The notes under the pieces were generated by a model that was not told the DNA's origin, did not search any database, and saw only the letters and a list, made by a program, of their open reading frames with translations. 64,000 bases of DNA from Longimicrobiales bacterium (GTDB lineage Bacteria; Gemmatimonadota; Gemmatimonadetes; Longimicrobiales; Gaopeijiaceae), in assembly GCA_965202985.1 (NCBI GenBank), contig CBDBCF010000001.1, positions 2,688,001-2,752,000 on the forward strand, given 5' to 3'. Shown piece after piece: positions 51,662 through 60,790 of the stretch; position 1 is the stretch's first letter, and the number at the start of each line of letters is the position of its first letter. Both the position numbers and the translations under genes were made by a program.

Positions 51662-52407
51662 GGGGCGCTTCCTGGAGCGGATTCGCGCGACGGGGGGACC
51701 TGGGCCACCTCGGTGACGCCGCCTCGCACGCGGTCGCCGGGCCGCACGGTCGTGGGCCAGTCGGGCGGCAGGAACAGCTCCACGCGCGATCCGAAGCGGA
51801 TCAGGCCGATGCGGTCTCCCTTGGCCAGCTGGTCGCCTTCGCGGGGGTAGGTCGCGATTCGGCGGGCCACGAGCCCGGCGATCTGGCGCACCAGGACGGG
51901 GCCCGCCGGCGTCGAGACGCCCAGCGACGCGCGCTCGTTCTCTTGGCCCGCGCTCTCCTTCCAGGCTGCCGCGTAGCCGCCGGGGTGGTAGGCGTAGAGG
52001 GCGACCTTGCCGTCCAGGGGGGCGCGCTGCACGTGCACGTCGAAGATGCTGAGGAAGATCGCGATGCGGGTGGCCGGGCCACCCATGAAGTCTTCGTCGT
52101 TCGCGGGCCCCACGCTCACGACCTTGCCGTCCGCCGGCGACACGACCATGTGGGCGGCTTCGGGGACCGCTCGCTCCGGGTCGCGGAAGAACCAGGCCAC
52201 GAAGACCGCAAGGGCGGCCGCGCAAGCCGTCAAGGCCCAGCGCGCGATCGCGGCGCCGTCCGCGGCCGTGCTGCCCGCGTTCCCCGCGCCTGCGCCGCCT
52301 TTGCCGCCCCCGCCGGTTCCCGCTGCCGCCCATGCGATTGCAGCGACGAGCACGACCAACCCGGCGACCGCGAACGGGACGCCCTCCTTGGCCAGGGGGA
52401 AGCTCAC
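51658..52407 (-). CDS. psd: Phosphatidylserine decarboxylase proenzyme
   Basis: WFFRDPER, VSPADG, IFLSIFDVHVQRAP, QIAGLVARRI, IRFGSRV. Confidence 0.95.
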   Translation of the reverse strand: MSFPLAKEGVPFAVAGLVVLVAAIAWAAAGTGGGGKGGAGAGNAGSTAADGAAIARWALTACAAALAVFVAWFFRDPERAVPEAAHMVVSPADGKVVSVGPANDEDFMGGPATRIAIFLSIFDVHVQRAPLDGKVALYAYHPGGYAAAWKESAGQENERASLGVSTPAGPVLVRQIAGLVARRIATYPREGDQLAKGDRIGLIRFGSRVELFLPPDWPTTVRPGDRVRGGVTEVAQVPPSRESAPGSAP

Positions 52408-53336
52408 GCCGACGCCGGGACCTTGGGTTGCCCGGTGGCGGCGCCCGCCAGCCGCCGGAACACGTCCCGGTAGCGCTCGGCGGCGGCGTCGGTGGCGGCG
52501 GTGGGCAAGGGCGGGGGCGGGGCTTGGCGGTCCCAGTTGGGCAGGGCGGCCAAGTAGTCGCGGATCGGCTGCTTGTCCATGGACGGTTGGGACCGCCCGG
52601 GCGCGTAGCGGTCCGCCGGCCAGAAGCGGGACGAGTCGGGCGTCAGCACCTCGTCGATGAGGAGCAGCTCGCCCTCCGCCGTGGCGCCGAACTCGAACTT
52701 GGTGTCGGCCACGATGATGCCGGCGGCGGCGGCGGCATCCCGCCCGCGCTCGAACAGGGACAAGGAGCGCTCCCGGAGCTGGTTCGCCAGGGTCGTCCCC
52801 AGCAGCTGGGCCACGCGGCCGAAGGCGATGTTCTCGTCGTGACCCTCGCGTGCCTTGGTTGCCGGCGAGAAGAGGGGGCGGGGCAGGGGGCCGCTCTCCT
52901 CGAGCCCCGGCGGCAGCGGTTCGCCGGCCAAGGTCCCCGATTCGCTGTATTCGCGCCAAGCCGAGCCCGACAGGTGGCCCCGCACCACGCATTCCACCGG
53001 GACGGGGCGCGTGCGGCGGGCAAGGGTGGCTCGGCCTTCCCATTGGTTGCGGCAGTCGGCCAGGGCGGGGGCGGCCCGCAAGATGTCGTCTGCCTCCACC
53101 GACAGCAGGTGGTGGGGTTCGTCCCGAAAGTGGGTCGCCAGCCACCAAGCCGTCATCCCGGTCAGCACGCGGCCCTTGCCCGGCACCGGTTCGTCCATGA
53201 CCACGTCGAAGGCGCTGACGCGGTCGGTGGCCACCAGCAGCAGCCGGTCTCCCGGCGCCTCGTACACGTCCCGCACCTTGCCCCGGTGGAGCAGGGGCAG
53301 GGGCAGGCGGGTCTTGACCACCGCGTCCGTCGTCAC
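52404..53336 (-). CDS. purC: SAICAR synthetase
   Basis: GKVRDVY, TDRVSAFD, ECVVRG, ADTKFEFG, DEVLTPDSSRFW, DKQ. Confidence 0.97.
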   Translation of the reverse strand: MTTDAVVKTRLPLPLLHRGKVRDVYEAPGDRLLLVATDRVSAFDVVMDEPVPGKGRVLTGMTAWWLATHFRDEPHHLLSVEADDILRAAPALADCRNQWEGRATLARRTRPVPVECVVRGHLSGSAWREYSESGTLAGEPLPPGLEESGPLPRPLFSPATKAREGHDENIAFGRVAQLLGTTLANQLRERSLSLFERGRDAAAAAGIIVADTKFEFGATAEGELLLIDEVLTPDSSRFWPADRYAPGRSQPSMDKQPIRDYLAALPNWDRQAPPPPLPTAATDAAAERYRDVFRRLAGAATGQPKVPASA

Positions 53337-54793
53337 ACCCTTGGCCCGTCGTCGTCGCCGCCGGCCTCGTGCTTGGCCAGGATCGGCGCCACGTGCTCCT
53401 CCAGGAAGGCGTCCACCTGCTCCGGCGCGCGGCCCACGAGCTTCTCGGGACGGGCGTGCTCCCGGAGCGCCTCCGCGGTCGCGTCAATAGCCGGATCGGC
53501 CGCCACCTGGGCGAAGAGCCCGTCGTCCTCTCCCTCGGCGGCGCGGCGCGCGGCGTCCAGGGCGTGTCGCCGAATCCGCTCGTGAAGGTCCTGACGGTCG
53601 CCCCCGGCGGCGGACGCCTCCATCAGCACTGACTCCATCGCCATGAACGGCAGGTGGGCGGCCAAGTTGGCGGCCACGACCCGGCGATTGACCCGAAGCC
53701 CCCCGGCCACGTTGGCCGCCAGCACGAGGATCGCGTCCACGGCCATGTACGCGTCGGGAACGGCCAAGCGCTTGGCCGCCGAGTCGTCCAGCGTCCGTTC
53801 CAGCCATTGCGTGGCCGCCGTGTGTAGCGGGCTGGCGGCCAGGGCGGACACGTGACGCGCCAGCGCGCAGATCCGCTCCGAGCGCATGGGGTTCCGCTTG
53901 TACGGCATCGCCGACGAACCGATCTGCTCCTCCTCGAAGGGCTCCTCCACCTCCCGAAGGTGGGACAGCAGGCGCACGTCGTGGGCCATCTTCGACGCCG
54001 AAGCCGCCACCCCCGCCAAGCACGACAGGAAGGCGTGGTCGATCTTGCGGGGGTAGGTCTGGCCGGTGACCGGGTAGGCGGCGTCGAAGCCCATGCGCCG
54101 GCAGACGTGCCGCTCCAGCCGGTCCACCTTGGCGGGATCGCCTCCCAGCAGCTGAAGGAACGACGCCTGCGTGCCCGTCGTTCCCCGCACGCCACGCAGC
54201 TTGAGCGCGCGCAACCGGTGGTCGATCTCCTCCAGGTCCAGCAGGAAGTCCTGCGCCCACAGGCAGGCGCGCTTGCCGACGGTCGTGGGCTGGGCGGGCT
54301 GGAAGTGCGTGTAAGCCAAAGCGGGCACGTCCCGGTGCTCCCGGGCCAAGCGGGCCAGGGCGGCCAAGGCGGCCACCACGCGCTCCCGGACCAAGGTCAT
54401 CGCCTCGCGGTGCTGGATCAGGTCCGTGTTGTCGCCCACGAACGCGCTTGTGGCGCCCAAGTGCAGCACGCCTCGGGCCGCCGGCGCCGCGTCGCCGAAC
54501 AGGTGGACGTGGGCCATGACATCGTGGCGGAATCGGCGCTCGTACCGCGCTGCCGCATCCAGGTCGATGTCGTGCAGCCGCTCGCGCATCTGGTCGAGGG
54601 CGGCTTGCGGAACCGGAAGCCCCGCCTCGCGCTGGGCCTCGGCCAGAGCCAGCCACAGCCGCCGCCACGTCCCGAACCGAAACGCCGGCGCGAAGACGCG
54701 CTCCATCTCCGGCGACGCGTACCGAAGCGACAGCGGGTGCTGGTACTCGACCCCCGCCTGGGCGGCCGCCCCCGAACCGCTCCCTGCGCTCAC
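53333..54793 (-). CDS. purB: Adenylosuccinate lyase
   Basis: RHDVMAH, HLGATS, THFQPAQ, QTYPRK, GSSAMPYKRNP. Confidence 0.97.
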   Translation of the reverse strand: MSAGSGSGAAAQAGVEYQHPLSLRYASPEMERVFAPAFRFGTWRRLWLALAEAQREAGLPVPQAALDQMRERLHDIDLDAAARYERRFRHDVMAHVHLFGDAAPAARGVLHLGATSAFVGDNTDLIQHREAMTLVRERVVAALAALARLAREHRDVPALAYTHFQPAQPTTVGKRACLWAQDFLLDLEEIDHRLRALKLRGVRGTTGTQASFLQLLGGDPAKVDRLERHVCRRMGFDAAYPVTGQTYPRKIDHAFLSCLAGVAASASKMAHDVRLLSHLREVEEPFEEEQIGSSAMPYKRNPMRSERICALARHVSALAASPLHTAATQWLERTLDDSAAKRLAVPDAYMAVDAILVLAANVAGGLRVNRRVVAANLAAHLPFMAMESVLMEASAAGGDRQDLHERIRRHALDAARRAAEGEDDGLFAQVAADPAIDATAEALREHARPEKLVGRAPEQVDAFLEEHVAPILAKHEAGGDDDGPRV

Positions 54794-54797
54794 GGCA

Positions 54798-55655
54798 TCA
54801 AGGCTCCTCTGTCTCCGTGTCGTAGCGGACGTCCGTCAGGAACAGCCCCTGGGGCGGCGCCGGCCGGGAAGTCCGAAGCGACGAAGGTTTGTCGCCAAGA
54901 AGGATGCCCAGCTCCTCCGCGTCCCGCCGCCCCCTGGCCACGTCCACCATCGTGCCCACCAAGTATCGCACCATTCGGTGGAGGAAGCGGTTCGCCGAGA
55001 TGCGGAAGACGACGCCCAGCGCACCCTCGTCGGTTGCGTCCGGCTGTTCCGGCCCCTCGCGCGGTTCCCAACGCGCCCACCCGGCCGCAAGCACGCGGCA
55101 CGCCGTGCCCCGCTGGGGCTGGCCCGACTTGGCGAAGGCCCGAAAATCGCGGGTTCCGGTCAGGTGTCGGGCAGCGCTGGCGGCGGCCTCCAAGTCGAAG
55201 GGACGACAAAGGGGCCAGCACCAGCGCCGCCGAAACGGCGACGCCGCCCGGGGCGCGAGGCCGACGCGGTACTCGTAGCTGCGCGCCGTGGCTTGGCGGC
55301 GCGGGTCGAAGCCGGGCGCGACGGCCTCGGCTGCGCGCACCCAGATCGTCGGCGGCAAGGTGGCGTTCAGCGAGCGGGCGAGTTCGGCGGCCGTCCAGCG
55401 CTCGGGCATCGTCACCGCGGCCACCTGTCCCGTGGCGTGCACGCCCGAGTCCGTGCGCCCGGCGCCCGCCACCACCCGCCGCTCGCCCGTCAGCCGGCGC
55501 ACGATCCGCTCCAGCTCGCCCTGTACAGTGGGACCGCCGGGCTGCACCTGCCAGCCGCGAAACGCCGAGCCGTCGTACTCCAAGGTCAGCTTGAAGCGCG
55601 TCTCGCCCGCTGTCGTCCGCCGGCTCTCTTCCGGCCCGCCGTCTCCGCCGCCCAT
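54798..55655 (-). CDS. truA: tRNA pseudouridine(38-40) synthase
   Basis: YDGSAFRGWQ, AGRTDSGVHA, RSYEY, NRFLHRMVR, APPQGLFL. Confidence 0.96.
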   Translation of the reverse strand: MGGGDGGPEESRRTTAGETRFKLTLEYDGSAFRGWQVQPGGPTVQGELERIVRRLTGERRVVAGAGRTDSGVHATGQVAAVTMPERWTAAELARSLNATLPPTIWVRAAEAVAPGFDPRRQATARSYEYRVGLAPRAASPFRRRWCWPLCRPFDLEAAASAARHLTGTRDFRAFAKSGQPQRGTACRVLAAGWARWEPREGPEQPDATDEGALGVVFRISANRFLHRMVRYLVGTMVDVARGRRDAEELGILLGDKPSSLRTSRPAPPQGLFLTDVRYDTETEEP

Positions 55656-55663
55656 GCAAGCGT

Positions 55664-57046
55664 CTACGCCAGCCGCGCCAGCACACCCAAGAGCCGGTCC
55701 ACGTCGGCGCGGTTGTTGAACATGGCGACGGCTGCCCGCAACAGCCGGCCGTCTTCCTGAAAGGTGACCGCCACGCCGTCGTCCGCCAGCGCCTGGGCCA
55801 GCGTCTCGGGGTCCAGACCGTGGTAGAAGCTGACGATCGGCGACGGGTTGTCGGGCGGCGTGAACGGCTGCATTCCCAGCTCCGCGACGCCCTGCCGGAG
55901 CCGACCCGACAGCGTCTGCGTATGCGCGGCCACGCGCTCAATCCCGACCTGGTCCAGGAACCTCAAGGCGGCGTCCATCGCCGTGGCCGGCCCGAACGCC
56001 GCGTTGGCGTACTCGAACTTCTCGGCGTTCGACTTCAAGCGGTACCGATGCCCGGGCAGCGTCGCCTCAACCTGCCGGTGGCCATGTCGGTCGGGCGTCA
56101 TCCACTCCAAGTGCTCGCGTCGAACGTAGAACGGCGCGCAGCCGAAGTCCGCGAAGAGCCACTTGTAGCCGTTTCCGCAGGCGAAGTCGACCGCCTCGTT
56201 GTGCAAGTCCACGGGAAACGTGCCCCACGCCTGGATCGCGTCCGCGTACAGGTAGCCGCCGTGGCCGTGCACAAGCTCCGCCAAGGCGGGCAGATCGTGG
56301 CGAAACCCGTTGCGGTTCGACACCCACGCCACGCTCAGCAAGCGCGTCCGGCGGTCGGTGCGCGCGGCGAAGTCGTCCACCGTCACTACGCCGTCCGTAG
56401 CCGGCACGATGCGCAGCTCCACGCCCCGCCGCCGTTCCAGCTCGCGGTAGAGCACGAAGGTGGTCACGAAGTGCAGCTCGTCCACGACCACGTTGTCGCC
56501 CGGCTTCCAGTCCAGCGCGCCCGCGATCACGTTCTCCGCTTCGCTAGTGGCGTACAGGAACGCCGTTTCGTCCTCTTCCGCGCCGAAGATGCGCGCAAAC
56601 GACGCGCGGGCGTTCTCTTGCGCCGCCCGCCAGCTGCCCGTGTCGCGGCAGAGCGACTTCTGCTCGGCGTAGTCGCGCAGGGCGTCGCGCACGGCAACGG
56701 GGAGCGGTCCGACGGAGGCCGTGTTGAGGTACGCCAGCTCGTCGGTGACCGGAAACTGGGCCCGGACGCGCAAGGGATCGTCGTCGAGGTCCGGCGGGGC
56801 AGCGCCTGTCGCCGAAGCGCCGATCGCCGAAGCGCCGGCCGCGCCCGGAAGCCCAACCGCAGCGGGAAGCCTGACCGCAGCCGGCAGCCCCACCGCGCCC
56901 GGCAAGCTTGCCAACCCCGCTGCCGCAGTCGTCTTGAGAAAGGTGCGCCGATCGCGACGCCCGTCGTTGCGCGGGTTCGCGCGCTCGCGACGGTGCGGGT
57001 CGCGGCGCGGGGGCTTGCGTGCGTCGCTCTTGTCGTGACGGCTCAT
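55664..57046 (-). CDS. Tat-exported class V PLP-dependent aminotransferase
   Basis: DRRTFL twin-arginine signal; YLNTASVGP, ADAIQ, GYKW (PLP lysine), MFNN..DVDRL. Confidence 0.87.
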   Translation of the reverse strand: MSRHDKSDARKPPRRDPHRRERANPRNDGRRDRRTFLKTTAAAGLASLPGAVGLPAAVRLPAAVGLPGAAGASAIGASATGAAPPDLDDDPLRVRAQFPVTDELAYLNTASVGPLPVAVRDALRDYAEQKSLCRDTGSWRAAQENARASFARIFGAEEDETAFLYATSEAENVIAGALDWKPGDNVVVDELHFVTTFVLYRELERRRGVELRIVPATDGVVTVDDFAARTDRRTRLLSVAWVSNRNGFRHDLPALAELVHGHGGYLYADAIQAWGTFPVDLHNEAVDFACGNGYKWLFADFGCAPFYVRREHLEWMTPDRHGHRQVEATLPGHRYRLKSNAEKFEYANAAFGPATAMDAALRFLDQVGIERVAAHTQTLSGRLRQGVAELGMQPFTPPDNPSPIVSFYHGLDPETLAQALADDGVAVTFQEDGRLLRAAVAMFNNRADVDRLLGVLARLA

Positions 57047-58029
57047 TCGCTCCTCGTTTCTCGTTGGTTCCTCTGCAGGTCGCTCACCAGCTTCCGAAGC
57101 CGGCGACGAAGCTCGGTGGCGTCGTAGGCGGAGATCGCGCCGACCGCTCCAGCCGACGCCGGGCCTTCGACTTGCGCTTCCAGCTTACCGCCTGCCGCGT
57201 TCACCGCAACGTGCGCCGTGTGCCCTCGGTAGCGCATGGTGCCGGCGCCCTTCGCTCGGACCTTGGATTCCCAGCGGGCGAGCTTGGGGTCCGGCTTCGT
57301 CCAGGACTCGAATTCGGGTGGCAGAATGCGCATCAGCGCCTCCGGCGACATGTGGTGCACGTCATAGGTACGCTCCAGCTGATCCAAGACCCGCAACAGG
57401 TGTCTCATGCCGCCGGGGCGACCCATGAATCCCCTCTTCTGCCGCGTGCCGACCGTGTACATGCGCAAGATCAAAGGCACAAGTCCCTCCGAGTTGAAGA
57501 TCCGCTGCGATCCCATCACGCGGTCGGCGATCGCGCCCTCCCTCTCCGGCGCTTGGTCAAGCAGGAACGCCGCGTCTTCGCCGTGCGTCTCGTACAGCTG
57601 CCAGGCGGATCGCAGATAGTGGCGATGCCGGTTTCGGCGGGACTGCGGATCGCGAGGGTCGATCACGAACGTCTCGTCTCGGCGCGCCAGCCTTGGCGAC
57701 CCGTTCGCCGCGCGCACCATGTCTTCGAAATAGAAGATGCCCAGCCACGACCAGAACGACGCCCGGTCGGCGACTTGTCGCTTGATCGGCGCCAGTCTGG
57801 GCGAAAAGTACTCGCCCACTTCCCGCCGGGTCGCAAAGGACCTGCGCGCAACCTTCGGGGCGTCCCTGAACGGCCGACTGAACTCGTTGCTTGCCAGCAG
57901 CTCCTGCGGCGGCGTCAAGTTCTGCGAAGGCTTGGTCCGGACTGCGTCTAGGAATCTGCGGGCGCGGGCGATTCCCCGGGCCGTGAGTTCGCGCGCGTCG
58001 ACCGCCGTCGGCTCTCCCGACGCCGTCAC
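57043..58029 (-). CDS. Hypothetical protein, gene 4 of candidate defence cassette, with HicB-like C-terminal segment
   Basis: Coupled GTGA/ATGA overlaps; aromatic-rich core (FWSWLGIFYFEDM, RHRHYL, QLERTYDV); tail MRYRGHTAHV...TELRRRLRKLVSDL. Confidence 0.72.
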   Translation of the reverse strand: MTASGEPTAVDARELTARGIARARRFLDAVRTKPSQNLTPPQELLASNEFSRPFRDAPKVARRSFATRREVGEYFSPRLAPIKRQVADRASFWSWLGIFYFEDMVRAANGSPRLARRDETFVIDPRDPQSRRNRHRHYLRSAWQLYETHGEDAAFLLDQAPEREGAIADRVMGSQRIFNSEGLVPLILRMYTVGTRQKRGFMGRPGGMRHLLRVLDQLERTYDVHHMSPEALMRILPPEFESWTKPDPKLARWESKVRAKGAGTMRYRGHTAHVAVNAAGGKLEAQVEGPASAGAVGAISAYDATELRRRLRKLVSDLQRNQRETRSE

Positions 58030-58805
58030 CGCTTGGTCCTGCGGTACGATTCCAGCGCCCGCGCCTTCTTGCGCGCGAACGCCGCCACCACGTCCTCGAT
58101 CCATCGGTCGGCCCGCGCGATCTGATCCTCCTGCGCGTTATAGTCGACGACCGGCGGCTCCTGCTCGGGCATCAGGTCGCGCGCCAAGTCGAACCACGCC
58201 TTCCACCTGCCCTCGGCGTCGTCGGGGCGCTCGCGCTCCACCAGCAACGCCCGCTCGAGCACGGAGCGCAGCACCTGCGGCGCGACCAGCGCCCGAAAGG
58301 CGGGGTCGTTGCGCGCGGTCTCGCTCAGGCCCGGCATCCGGCTGTTGACGCGCAGCACCGCCATGTCGTCGCCCATGCCGAAGTCCAGGCGCCAGACCTC
58401 GCTCCCCAAGTCCGAGGCCACCAACGGCAAGATCGACTCCGCCGGCAGCCGGGGCGACAGCCTGTCCGCCAAGCCCAGCAGCCGGCCCGAGGCGCCCGCT
58501 TCCACGACCGCGACCCGGAACCTGCACGTCTCGGGCACGTCTCGAAGCACGCGGGCGGATTCGGGCAGGCCTCCGGGGCGGCCCACCGTGCCCCAGCTCC
58601 ACCTTTGGAAGGCGCTGCCGCGCCAAGCCTCGACCCGAAGGCGCGCGTCCGGCGGAAACCCGTAGCCGCCCAGGTCGAGCCGCAGGTCGAAGCAGTGGTC
58701 GCCGTCCGGCTCCGCGACCCTGTCGCGCTTCAGGCGCCGCAGCGTGACCACGGCGTGCGAACGCTGAATCCGCTTGCGCCCGGTGCTGTTGAAGTGACGG
58801 ATCAT
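58026..58805 (-). CDS. Hypothetical protein, gene 3 of candidate defence cassette
   Basis: ATG overlaps the upstream TGA; MIRHFNSTGRKRI, VEAW, FRVAVV, DLGSEVWRLDF, LRVNS; protein-like composition. Confidence 0.75.
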   Translation of the reverse strand: MIRHFNSTGRKRIQRSHAVVTLRRLKRDRVAEPDGDHCFDLRLDLGGYGFPPDARLRVEAWRGSAFQRWSWGTVGRPGGLPESARVLRDVPETCRFRVAVVEAGASGRLLGLADRLSPRLPAESILPLVASDLGSEVWRLDFGMGDDMAVLRVNSRMPGLSETARNDPAFRALVAPQVLRSVLERALLVERERPDDAEGRWKAWFDLARDLMPEQEPPVVDYNAQEDQIARADRWIEDVVAAFARKKARALESYRRTKR

Positions 58806-60790
58806 CGTTCGTCCTGCCCGGTCTCCGACGACCCGACCTCCGCGATCTCCACCAGCAGGTCGCGTTCGTCGAAGCCTGTGACCTTGAAGGCGAAGGCGGG
58901 GCCGTTCACGCGCACGCGAAGCTCGTTGTCCGACAGCACTTCGTAGGTGCAGTTCGCGTGCTCCACCGCCAGCCGGCCGTCGTGCAGCGAAAAGTCGGGG
59001 CAGCCCGCCCGCAGTCCGCTGGCGAAGCGAGAAAAGGCGCTGCGGGCCGTGCCCCGGGCAACGTCGTACGCCATCCGAACCGTCCACGTGCCGCCAGCTG
59101 CGTTCCCATTCGGCCCAGGGTCGAGCGTGAAGCCGCCCGACACCGGCCTTGCTCGCAGGCTCGACCGGCCGCCGGGCCCCTCTCCGTTCGATTCGCCCGA
59201 GCTGGCGTCGGGAGCTGGCGCGGGGCGCGTGGTCGTGGCCGAACTGCCCTTCTTCTTGGAGGGGAACAGGTCCGCGAAGACGTCCCGCTGCTTCTCTTCG
59301 GGCCGCACCGCCAGCTCCTGCAAGATCCGCTGCGCCGCCCGCTGCGCCTCGCGCACCCGCACGGCGGCGGCCGGCCAGCCCTTCTTCCTGAGCCGAGGCG
59401 CGGTGGGACTCCACCGCTCGTGAGCGGGACCCTCGGCGTCGCGCAGCAAGTGCCCCAGCGGGTTGCGGCTGGGCACGAACGTCAGCGCCCGCGCCCGAAA
59501 GCCCTCGATGTAGTCCATGCCCGGGATGTGCAGGTGGCCGCGCACGAAGAAGTCCTGGCCTCTGGACAGGTTGTCGTCCTTCTCCAAGTACACGCGAAAG
59601 CGCGCAAGCACGCCGCCGACCTTGGTCGTCACGCGGAACGCCAAGCGGTGGCCCCTTTCGTAGCGCGCCCGAAGCTGCTGCGCCTCCAAGGGAGAGAGCG
59701 CCGACTTGTTGCGGTTGCCGTCGGCGTCCACATGCTCCCGCTCCGTCGCAAGCCCCCACCTGGCCAGCTCGATCGCGCGCGCCAGCGCAGCAGGCTCCTC
59801 TTCGCCCTTGCTCGGCGCGCTGCCGCACTGGTGCACCTCGGCCGATATCGTCCGGGCATCCACGACCCGCGTCCGTGCGCCCGCCACCGCAATCTCCACC
59901 ACGAGGTTGCCGGCCACGATCGGCCAGAAGTACTGCGTGACCACCGCCCATGCCAGCTTGCCCGGGTCGGTCAGCTCATTCTCGGGGTGGAGCACCACTA
60001 CCGACGTGCCGCTCTCGCTGTCGCGAAGCCCGAAGTCGTCCACCGCCTGCCCCACGAACGCCCCTGCGCCGTGCCGGGAGTCCAAGGGCATCGGCAGCCA
60101 CCTCTCGTCGGGTTCTTCCGAAGCCGCCGCGAAGTAGCCGTAGTGCGAGTACTTGTTGTCCCCCATCTTGTGCAACTTGAGCATCGCCTGGCCCATGAGA
60201 AGGAGCCGCTCCTCGCCCTGGCGGCGGGTCACGCCAACGAAGGCGTTCAGCCGGGACGCGTCGGGGAAGACCCACTTGCCCAGTCCCCACGAGCCGCCGG
60301 CGTCTTGTCCCTTGGGCGAAATGCCGACGCTTCGGAACAGGCCCCAGAAGTCGTTGCCCTTGGCTTCGGGCTCGTTCGCTTCGACGTCTCCGCGCAGACC
60401 CGTCGTGCCGAAGTCCTGCACGACCAGAAACGGCATGGGCCTGTCGAAGAGCTCCTTGCGGGCCTCGAGTTCCTTCTTGCGTGGGCCGCGGGCGTTCTCT
60501 GCGTCCACGACCGCTTGAAAGTGCGGGCGAAGGCCGTCCAGGTACGCCGCCGCGCGCGGGGCGTCCAGTGCGCATTCCTTGCCGCTGACAGAGAAGCGCA
60601 CGCGCACCGGTCCGGCGTCGCGCCGTCCGTCCTTGATCCGCGCGTCCAGCGAGTTCTGCACCGACTCGCGCACGAAGCGCTTGGGCAGGTCCGTGCTGAA
60701 GAACTCGCCTTGGACCGGGTTCTCGTTGATCTCCGATGGCGACATGGCCCGGAAGCGCCAGCGGGGTGTGCGCCAGTCCCGAGCGTTCAA
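58802..60790 (-). CDS. GHKL (HATPase_c; MORC/MutL/Hsp90-like) ATPase, gene 2 of candidate defence cassette
   Basis: N-box RESVQNSLDA, G1 QDFGTTGL, G2 GGSWGLGK, G3 SGTSV; later AEGPAHERW. Confidence 0.82.
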   Translation of the reverse strand: MNARDWRTPRWRFRAMSPSEINENPVQGEFFSTDLPKRFVRESVQNSLDARIKDGRRDAGPVRVRFSVSGKECALDAPRAAAYLDGLRPHFQAVVDAENARGPRKKELEARKELFDRPMPFLVVQDFGTTGLRGDVEANEPEAKGNDFWGLFRSVGISPKGQDAGGSWGLGKWVFPDASRLNAFVGVTRRQGEERLLLMGQAMLKLHKMGDNKYSHYGYFAAASEEPDERWLPMPLDSRHGAGAFVGQAVDDFGLRDSESGTSVVVLHPENELTDPGKLAWAVVTQYFWPIVAGNLVVEIAVAGARTRVVDARTISAEVHQCGSAPSKGEEEPAALARAIELARWGLATEREHVDADGNRNKSALSPLEAQQLRARYERGHRLAFRVTTKVGGVLARFRVYLEKDDNLSRGQDFFVRGHLHIPGMDYIEGFRARALTFVPSRNPLGHLLRDAEGPAHERWSPTAPRLRKKGWPAAAVRVREAQRAAQRILQELAVRPEEKQRDVFADLFPSKKKGSSATTTRPAPAPDASSGESNGEGPGGRSSLRARPVSGGFTLDPGPNGNAAGGTWTVRMAYDVARGTARSAFSRFASGLRAGCPDFSLHDGRLAVEHANCTYEVLSDNELRVRVNGPAFAFKVTGFDERDLLVEIAEVGSSETGQDER

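Noticed and set aside
58802..60790. GHKL protein as GyrB/ParE, MutL, HtpG or a histidine kinase
   Set aside because: No Toprim, MutL C-terminal, Hsp90 middle-domain or HisKA motifs recognised; operon context is unrelated.
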